Below, piece by piece: positions 25,775-32,752 of a DNA stretch of 41,110 nt. The notes below the pieces were generated by a model. The model was not told where the DNA came from. It ran no database searches and saw nothing but the letters and a program-made list of their open reading frames with translations. The DNA comes from Escherichia phage smaasur: the sequence record MN850625.1; one strand, given 5' to 3'. The number at the start of each line of letters is the position of its first letter. The stretch's first letter is position 1. Made by a program: the position numbers and the translations under genes.

Positions 25775-26311
25775 TCACGCAGCTTTCAGCTTGCGCAGGC
25801 CGTCCAGCACGTTCTGAGGCACGACAACCTTGTTCGCGTCTTCATCACGCCCCTCATGGCGCAGCTCGTTCGCCTTGTTCATCGCCTTCTCAGCTTTGGC
25901 AATGAGCTTGTCCAGCGCTTCTTGCAGGTCGAAGCCTTCGAACGCTGGCTCAGGCTTGCAAGTCCACCACATCGTGGCTTTCGCCTTGTCGATGTTCAGC
26001 TTGATATGCTCCGCGCCTTTCCAGCCCACGAAGCCTGTCTTGCCATCATCCTTCTCGCCTACAATCAGGCCGCCGAACTGGACGAACCAGTCAACCAGTG
26101 CTTTACCACGCACGCCTTCACCCAGTTGGTTGGTAAAGGTTTCGGCACGAGTGTAGTCGCCGTGGTTATAAGCGTGCAGGATGATGCCGACCGCAACATT
26201 CTGAATCTCGTTGCGGAGTGAGTGCGCCTTTTTAACAGTCGCTTCGATAGCTTTGTCCAGCGCGGCAGCGTCTTTGAACGCGGTATATTTAACAGTAGTC
26301 ATGATAGTCAC
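25775..26311 (-). CDS. hypothetical early protein
   Basis: 178 aa ORF, second gene after the early promoter region. Confidence 0.5.
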   Translation of the reverse strand: MTIMTTVKYTAFKDAAALDKAIEATVKKAHSLRNEIQNVAVGIILHAYNHGDYTRAETFTNQLGEGVRGKALVDWFVQFGGLIVGEKDDGKTGFVGWKGAEHIKLNIDKAKATMWWTCKPEPAFEGFDLQEALDKLIAKAEKAMNKANELRHEGRDEDANKVVVPQNVLDGLRKLKAA

Positions 26312-26447
26312 CTTGTCGGTTGGTTGATTTCACATAGCGCCCCGCAGGACGCTATAGGCTATCAGCCACGACGACGGCTCAGGCGCTGGTCAATGACCCA
26401 GCAGGCCGCCGCTATAATGCACAGTGCAGTGAACATAGTCATTCCCC

Positions 26448-26837
26448 TTACTCCACTACCCAAAACAGTTCACCGTCATACGTCCAAGCGGTATGTTGCC
26501 CGGCTTCCATCTGCTCGCCTGTTTTGCTGACCAGCTTGCCAGCAGGCTTGCCCGGATACGGTGAATCCATGAAGATTGCATCATTGTCATCGGTCACTAC
26601 CATGATGCAGTCCTGTTCAAGAGCCTTACAGAACAGCGTAACAGCCTGCCTGATTTCGTAGATTCCATCGACGGGAAAGACCATGCTCAGCTCGTACTGA
26701 TTGTCGAACTTGCCCGTCAGTGTGACCGGAATCACTCCGAACATATCCTGCACCGTTCGCAGTGCCTTGCAATGTAGCGCCAGATTAACACACTCAGCGT
26801 TATTCGGACGATATGCGCTTGCATAGATACGGTACAT
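26448..26837 (-). CDS. hypothetical early protein (first gene downstream of the early promoter cluster)
   Basis: 129 aa; preceded by CTGGAGAAATAACT-ATG. Lies ~550-700 nt downstream of the sigma70-like promoters, giving a long leader comparable to the T7 early transcript. Confidence 0.5.
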   Translation of the reverse strand: MYRIYASAYRPNNAECVNLALHCKALRTVQDMFGVIPVTLTGKFDNQYELSMVFPVDGIYEIRQAVTLFCKALEQDCIMVVTDDNDAIFMDSPYPGKPAGKLVSKTGEQMEAGQHTAWTYDGELFWVVE

Positions 26838-27369
26838 AGTTATTTCTCCAGTTATTGGCTATTTTCAGGTGGATAGTGAACCCATTGTGACGCGCCGTAC
26901 AGTCTGCACTCAGTGGCATTGATTGGCTTGTCGGATTCACTACCCTGAAAAATCGCCCCGCCCATTTCGCGCTGTGGATATTGTCTGCATCCACTCTCAG
27001 GAGTCTTCCAGCAGTCCGTCGCGTATCTTGCTCACCGTTGCCAGCTAACAAGCCGTTTGACTACCCACCCGCTATACTCCGCGCCTTATAAGACGTTCGG
27101 GATTGTACTGATACTGCGCTGCGTCTATCGCGCTTCTCCGTTCCCATGCACCGGGCGCTACCCCTATTGCCTTTCGGCGGTGCCTCACCCAGTTCCAACC
27201 TGCGGCGGATACCCAGTGAGCCGTGACACTACGCGGCCAGTTTGCGTTCACTCAGAGCAGGATGCTTTCCATCCTTTCAACTCGGTGCTGATTTCATCAT
27301 ATCTGAATCAGCTTGTCAACTACTTTTTACTTCTGACTGACTGGCTTGCTACCCGTCAATCTGGAGCGT

Positions 27370-27398
27370 ATTACAGCATACTCATTTCACCTTGTCAA
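27370..27398 (-). promoter_or_regulatory. candidate host sigma70 early promoter (minus strand TTGACA-17-TGTAAT)
   Basis: On the minus strand: TTGACA (plus 27393-27398), exact 17-nt spacer, TGTAAT (plus 27370-27375). Points toward the early genes. Confidence 0.5.
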
Positions 27399-27506
27399 CC
27401 GTTTTATTCAGCGCCCATTCTGAGATGAATAACCCGTACCAGTTCGCCTGCGTGTGTTTTAACGTCTTTATCAATGACTGTTTAGCTTGCTGGCTGACGT
27501 GGAAGC

Positions 27507-27535
27507 ATTACAGCATAGTGAGCTTGCCTTGTCAA
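27507..27535 (-). promoter_or_regulatory. candidate host sigma70 early promoter (minus strand TTGACA-17-TGTAAT), second copy
   Basis: Same architecture: TTGACA (plus 27530-27535), 17-nt spacer, TGTAAT (plus 27507-27512). A weaker third candidate is TTGACA (27313-27318) with TGAAAT (27290-27295). Confidence 0.5.
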
Positions 27536-27779
27536 TACACTCCAGATTGTTAAAGAGCATGGCTAACCGTCTAGCCCACCGTGTAACGATGTTCTGTTAC
27601 CCGGCGATGAGAATTACAGCAAATCACAAAGAGCATTGCAAGTATTATTTTCACTGAATACCTCAAATAGTGGATAAGTTATTGTATTCATTGATAATAA
27701 ATATTTGATTGAATAGGTTATTGCATAGCTTACATACAGCAGAATAACCGTAAATAAATCCTTTTAAATCAATGAGTAA

Positions 27780-27794
27780 ATGAAAGTAACTGTT
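27780..27794 (+). repeat. repeated element ATGAAAGTAACTGTT (copy 4, inverted, at the edge of the T-depleted terminus tract)
   Basis: Exact 15-mer on the plus strand, opposite to all genes; 18-nt identity with copy 1 (ATGAAAGTAACTGTTGTG). Sits at the junction between an AT-rich segment (27640-27780) and the T-depleted tract. Confidence 0.6.
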
Positions 27795-27799
27795 GTGTA

Positions 27800-28380
27800 T
27801 AGCAGTAGCGATACGCAGCGTAAGCGACGCAGCACGCAGTGCGATAGCGGAGCGCGGAGCGGAGCGAATGAGATACGGAGTAGCGAATGAGTGAACGCGA
27901 ACGGATAGCAAGTATCAGAGTGTTACACAGTACACACAGCAGACACACAGCGACGCGATGAGCTGGAGGAGCTGGAGCGCAGGCGGTAGCGCACAGAGTA
28001 CACCGTACACAGTACCGCACAGACACACACAGCAAGCGAGCGCAGGCAGCAGCAGCAACGCACAGAGCAAGCGAGCAAAAGAGATAGATAGCCCCGCGCC
28101 CAGCCACCGACACACAGCAGCACCGCACAGCACAGCGCAGGCCAGCGCAGGCGCGTCCAGTGGTAGCAGTGGCGCAGCGCACAGCAGCAGGACACAGCAC
28201 CGCACAGCACGCCACACGGCAGACGATGAAACGGGCACGCGCGAGCTGTTACCGCACGCACGCGAGCAATACCGCACGCGCAGGCACACGCGCATAATGC
28301 GCACACGTCATGCACGCGCACGCGCACAGGCGTACGGGGGCGCAGGCGCTCCTTCGGGTCGAGGGAGGCCCACGCACAAA
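27800..28380. repeat. strongly T-depleted, degenerate short-repeat tract at the presumed genome terminus
   Basis: Plus strand is almost entirely A/C/G with reiterated CACAG/GCGCAG/CAGCAC units; my hand count gives about 8% T over 27841-28380, and 28021-28080 has none. Lies between the last late gene (endolysin, ends 28435) and the early promoters, where T7-like phages carry terminal repeats and short-repeat arrays. Confidence 0.6.
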
Positions 28381-28434
28381 TAGTCAATTTTCAAGCCGGG
28401 AAACGCCTGTTCTATGTCACAGCTTTCAATGCCC

Positions 28435-28971
28435 CTATAACGTCGCACAGTAAGCGCTACAGCGTTTTGCACGAGCAACCAAGGCATCCCTATACCGAAC
28501 GATTGTCGGGGCTGTAGAAGCCTTTAGGAACGCAATACGAAGGTCACAGATGGATGCTGCTGCGGAGTGAGGTTCCAGACGTTTGGCTGCTGCCACGGTT
28601 GCAGGGCCAATAACCCCGTCTTGTGCAACGCCGCATACCCGCTGTAGAGCTTTCGCCGCACGGCTGATACCGGAGTTGACACCGTAGTCGAACACGGCAC
28701 ATGCAATCGCAGGGTGTAGCTCGTCACCTTTGATGGGGTCGAAATACTCGGCCCGGTAGATAGCGTTGGCTTGCTCTTTGGTGAGCTGTTTGACAGGCAC
28801 ACAAATAGAGCCACCAAGCCCAGTAGGGACACCACAAATTCGGCCATCCAGTTTGCCATCACGAGCATCGCTAATTCCATGATTCGTTTCCCCTCCAGTG
28901 TCACCGGGCAGCTTGGTGTACCCGCCTTCTGCCAGCCCGGTGAACTTCATACAGATTTCAAAGTTAGTCAT
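28435..28971 (-). CDS. endolysin, glycoside hydrolase family 108-like with C-terminal peptidoglycan-binding region
   Basis: 178 aa. N-terminal FTGLAEGGYTKLPGDTGGETNHGIS matches the GH108 signature (EGGY...DxGGxTxxGI) as I recall it. Last gene before the terminus region. Confidence 0.7.
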   Translation of the reverse strand: MTNFEICMKFTGLAEGGYTKLPGDTGGETNHGISDARDGKLDGRICGVPTGLGGSICVPVKQLTKEQANAIYRAEYFDPIKGDELHPAIACAVFDYGVNSGISRAAKALQRVCGVAQDGVIGPATVAAAKRLEPHSAAASICDLRIAFLKASTAPTIVRYRDALVARAKRCSAYCATL

Positions 28972-29357
28972 TACATCCCCATAATGCTTGTGATAAAGGA
29001 CTGGAGCGCTGTGAGGTCGCCAGCCTTAATTGCCAGATACACACCGCTGCACAGGGATGCGGTTAACAGGCACCATTTGACGGCATGTGCTGCCGCCGTA
29101 AACAACTTACCGATATGGCTCATAGTTCTCTGGATATCCTGAATCTGCTCGACCACCAAGAGCTGCTGCTGAACCTGCTGCCAGCGCGAGTCGTTCTCAG
29201 CCAGCTTCGTGAGCATCGCAGCGTCGCCTTTCTCAAGGTTAGCGATTTGCACTTCGTGTTTGTCGAGGCGTAGTTCTACGGTCTGCATACGAGCCTCCAC
29301 TGCACCCATACGCGAGTGGATGTTAGGAGTCGGCTCCTTTCGTTTTGCTTCCGTCAT
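28971..29357 (-). CDS. lysis-cassette membrane protein (holin candidate): N-terminal coiled-coil region plus C-terminal hydrophobic segments
   Basis: 128 aa with strong GAGGAAGG ribosome-binding site. Hydrophobic stretches LFTAAAHAVKWCLLTASLCSGVYLAI and LTALQSFITSIMGM. Sits between the spanin-like gene and the endolysin. Holin role is inferred from position and topology only. Confidence 0.4.
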   Translation of the reverse strand: MTEAKRKEPTPNIHSRMGAVEARMQTVELRLDKHEVQIANLEKGDAAMLTKLAENDSRWQQVQQQLLVVEQIQDIQRTMSHIGKLFTAAAHAVKWCLLTASLCSGVYLAIKAGDLTALQSFITSIMGM

Positions 29358-29814
29358 CTCTTACCTTCCTCTTCCACGGAGATGGTACAAACCACATTAC
29401 CAAACCAAGAATACACGTAAGGCCCATGCCAAATGCCCACAATAAGCTGCGTGGGTCGCTCTGTGAGACGATAACAGTCTTAGCCTGTACGTTTCCTTGG
29501 GTCATCTGAGACCCCTGCTTAGAAGCGTTTACAGAGCCTCCTGAGACGTCCTTGACGGTCGTAGCGTTACTACCCTGTTTAGCGGTATCCACTTTCGCGT
29601 TACCTGATACGTCACCGACTTCGGTTTCGTCGGACTGTTTCGCAGTCACACCGATGCCTTGCTTCGTGTTCTCTGCACCTACCTGTGCCGTCAGTTCCGG
29701 CTTGTTGGGAGAGACAGCCGAAGTTACAGCAGACAGTGCGCTAGTTGCGGAGCAGCCCGTCAAAGTCAGAGACAATGAGAGGACTGCCCCGGCCAATAGC
29801 CGAGACAGTTTCAT
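29323..29814 (-). CDS. unimolecular-spanin-like protein (outer-membrane lipoprotein signal plus C-terminal transmembrane helix)
   Basis: 163 aa. N-terminal signal with lipobox LTLTGC; C-terminal hydrophobic helix LLWAFGMGLTCILGLVMWFV followed by basic residues; middle region has periodic T/K/Q/G repeats. Confidence 0.5.
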   Translation of the reverse strand: MKLSRLLAGAVLSLSLTLTGCSATSALSAVTSAVSPNKPELTAQVGAENTKQGIGVTAKQSDETEVGDVSGNAKVDTAKQGSNATTVKDVSGGSVNASKQGSQMTQGNVQAKTVIVSQSDPRSLLWAFGMGLTCILGLVMWFVPSPWKRKVRDDGSKTKGADS

Positions 29815-29824
29815 ACGCTACCTC

Positions 29825-30010
29825 TTATGCGTCAATGGCAGCCGTAGCTGCTTTAACACGGTCAATGTACACCTGATGCTCAGCCAGCAGGTCAGTGTCA
29901 GCCGTATTCAGGTGGTAGTCTTCCGTGTACACGTTGAGGTATTTGGCCAGCATGTTGCAGGCCGCCACCAGTTCCGCACGCTCAGCGGCGGTAGAAGTTG
30001 CTAAGGACAT
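29825..30010 (-). CDS. hypothetical small protein
   Basis: 61 aa ORF with GGGAGA ribosome-binding site; no hydrophobic segment. Confidence 0.4.
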   Translation of the reverse strand: MSLATSTAAERAELVAACNMLAKYLNVYTEDYHLNTADTDLLAEHQVYIDRVKAATAAIDA

Positions 30011-30021
30011 AAAATCTCCCG

Positions 30022-30693
30022 TTAGGAAAGTGTAATGCCAGTGATAACACCACCAGCGACAGTGAAGGTTACGGTATCGGTGTACGTGCCAGTCGGCTCT
30101 ACACCAGTGAGGGTGGCACCGTTCGCTACGCCAGCAATGGTCGCAGGAAGTGTACCGTACGTGATGACACCGTTGGACACGGTGAAGGTCGCGTTACCGA
30201 TGGGGGTGCCAGCGGAGTTGCGAATCTGGATGTTGCTGCCACTGGCGATTACAGCCGTGGTTGCTGGCAGCCGGGCGGCGACCAGTACACCGTTGCTGTC
30301 CACATAGGAGGTGGAGGTTACACCAGCCGCGCCATTCACGTTCTGTACAGAGATGGAGTCGTTGTTGGACTTCATACCGACAGTAGCAGGCAGGGCGACA
30401 GTGACCGACTCACCATCCACAGCGAAGGTGGCAGCCTTCTGCACAGTACCGTTAGCGTTCACCACAGTGGTTTCAGCGCCGTCTGCGACAATAGCAGAGC
30501 CTTCCGGTACAGTGGTGTAGCCAGCGTCTACCAGAGCCGTTAGGAGCTGCGTAATAGCCGCGTCGATTGGCGCAGCCTGCTCAGCCGTCAGTGTCTTCGT
30601 GTTGTTCACGAAGCGTTGGGTCAGATTGGCGGCGATGTTGGCACGGTAGCCAATATCGTACCGCTGCTGATTAGTGATAGAAATCAAAGACAT
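30022..30693 (-). CDS. Thr/Gly/Val/Asn-rich beta-repeat protein downstream of terminase large subunit (fibre- or adhesin-like)
   Basis: 223 aa; start overlaps the terminase large subunit stop (TAATG). Repeats such as TFTVSNGVITYGTLPATIAGVANGATLTGV and TVTFTVAGGVITGITLS. Function unknown. Confidence 0.45.
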   Translation of the reverse strand: MSLISITNQQRYDIGYRANIAANLTQRFVNNTKTLTAEQAAPIDAAITQLLTALVDAGYTTVPEGSAIVADGAETTVVNANGTVQKAATFAVDGESVTVALPATVGMKSNNDSISVQNVNGAAGVTSTSYVDSNGVLVAARLPATTAVIASGSNIQIRNSAGTPIGNATFTVSNGVITYGTLPATIAGVANGATLTGVEPTGTYTDTVTFTVAGGVITGITLS

Positions 30694-32453
30694 TAGCGGA
30701 TTCTCCGACGAGTGCCACGGACACGCTTATGACTGCGCCACTTCGAGTCGTCGTACCCCATAGGGTTGGCAACAAACTCACGAGCGGCGGCCACTTCACG
30801 CTTTTGGGCCTCTTCATGTTCGTCTTGCTGGAGTACCTCGGCGTGGAGATACACGGCAGCGGATAGGGTTTCAATGCGGTCATCGTGCGGGATGGAGCCT
30901 TTGTCCTGCGTCAAGTTCTGCATCTGCCAGAACAGGCTGTATTCCCGGCCACCGTTGTTCATGGCCCGGCACAGGCGCAGGTCTTCCTCAACAACCGACC
31001 AGTGGATTACCACGCGGTGGCGCTGGAGGATAGGACTCAACCGATTGATGATACGCACTTCTTTCTGGCCGCTGGAGTAAATACCCTCACAGCCGATTGT
31101 CAGTCCTTGACGCTTAATCTCACCACGGTACATGTTGGTCACGGCACCGTGGCCCATGTTGTCCTCAATGGTGATGTGCTGGACACCCAGCTCGTGGCAC
31201 CACTCTACCGCCGCCTTGATGTTCTCTTCCGTCTGGCCGCCGTGGTAGACGTGCATACCGATGACGTGGATAAACGGGCCGATAGAAGCTGTGGCGAAGA
31301 GAACGGATTCGTCCGACCCACCACCAGCAGGGTCAAGAAACGCCTTGGTATTCGTGAATGGTACATACGTCTCAGAGAAGTCAGCGGCCAGATATAGCTG
31401 GGCGCGAGCGAGTGGGAAGTCCATTGGCAGCTCGGCCAAGTGACGCGAATGATTCGACCAGTGCAGATACTCCGGCGCAGACTGCGGCGAGCCGTGGAAG
31501 AAGATAACATCCCGGATATGCAGAGTCTGTTTCAGTGCGTCTGACAGTGATGTGTCCAGCATGAACTGTAGCTGGAAGCCTGCCTGCTGGTAGTCTCGTT
31601 CGTTCTGTAGCTGCTTCTCTTCGGAGTAACGCTGAGGGTCAGTCTGCGCACCACGGTTCCCAAGGATACCGTAACCAGTACGCAATTCAGGGTGGCCATC
31701 CATCTTCTGCTTAATCCACGGGGCCAGACAGCCGCCGTAGCGTTCTTCTTCCTCAACCGTTGGGAAACGACCGGGCCAGATGCGAACGTCGAAGCCACGC
31801 TGCGGGAGCGTGTTGTAGATGGAGTCCTGAGTCTGTGGCGTGCCGAGGTACAGAATCTCTGCACCGTCGTTGGCGATAGCCGCGAACTCTTTGGTCAGGG
31901 TGTTGATACGGGCGCGGTTGGCAGGAGAGCTACCGTTACTGGTAGTCTCCACGTCATCGGCAATCAACAGCGATACGTGGTTCCCCTGCAACTGGCCGAA
32001 GATACCGACCGCTTTGACAGAGGGCTGTTTGTCAGGAATACGAAATGCGTGGTGTACGTCGAAACCGTCTGTATAAGAGGTACGTGCGCCAGCGCGAGTT
32101 TCAGGGCGCAGCCATTCCAGTCTGTCCCATTGCATAATGGCAGACACGATGGCGTGCGAGAGCGTACCCGCATAATCGTCAGAACCGGATACCAGCAGCA
32201 CGGTGGCGTTAGGCATCTGGACGAACTCATACAGGGCACGGGCAATGCCGATGGTGGACTTAGCCTCACCGCGCTGAGCCATGACGCACTTGTTCTTGAG
32301 CGTCCGGTCGGCCATGTAGCGGCCAATATCGAGCTGCATTTCAGTGAGGTCAAAGCCCAGCCATGCGAAGTAGTCATGCAGGAACAGCGGGAAGTTGTTC
32401 TCGTAATGGGCGCGAACAATTCCTGCCATCACCATGCGGCGTTGTAAATCCAT
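30693..32453 (-). CDS. terminase large subunit (T7 gp19-like)
   Basis: 586 aa, the same length as T7 gp19. [26 protein letters not shown] matches T7 [45 protein letters not shown] matches [32 protein letters not shown] matches ALAHDDRLDALALGI. Confidence 0.95.
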   Translation of the reverse strand: [586 protein letters not shown]

Positions 32454-32743
32454 TAGTGCATCATCCCGCTATCTTCTGCAATTGCTTTGATGGCAGAGTC
32501 CATGATGGACTTCCGCTCCGTATCCGACTTCTCTTTGTTGAGCTGCTCTTGCAGCGCCAGCAGGTCGTCGGCGTGGTCAGCATCTGCTTGGATGCCATTG
32601 TCTTTCAGGAACTGGCGAAGTACCGACAGCTCGGCTGCTGGCATTGGCTCGTTACCGGGCTTCATGCACTCAGACAGCCGAGTGGTCAGATACTCAACCA
32701 GCATCCGGTGCAGCCCATCGAGCTGCTTATTCACGGATGCCAT
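32453..32743 (-). CDS. terminase small subunit (T7 gp18-like)
   Basis: 96 aa helical protein immediately upstream of and overlapping the terminase large subunit start; T7 gp18 is 89 aa. Confidence 0.6.
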   Translation of the reverse strand: MASVNKQLDGLHRMLVEYLTTRLSECMKPGNEPMPAAELSVLRQFLKDNGIQADADHADDLLALQEQLNKEKSDTERKSIMDSAIKAIAEDSGMMH

Positions 32744-32752
32744 GATTACTCC

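Noticed and set aside
26800-27051. 83-aa minus-strand ORF in the early leader, overlapping the first early gene start
   Set aside because: No ribosome-binding site seen, and it reads through the initiation region of the next gene in another frame; kept only as a possibility under the leader finding.
27800-28380. Possible CRISPR array in the repeat tract
   Set aside because: The repeats are short (5-9 nt), degenerate and contiguous, with no regularly spaced unique spacers of 25-40 nt and no cas genes.
27769-28387. Overlapping low-complexity ORFs on both strands inside the T-depleted tract (Cys/Ala-rich on minus, Ser/Ala/His/Arg-rich 141 aa on plus)
   Set aside because: Their amino-acid bias is exactly what the nucleotide skew dictates, they overlap each other in several frames, and the region is the presumed non-coding genome terminus. 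Only the short frame starting at the repeated element (27780) is kept as a curiosity.
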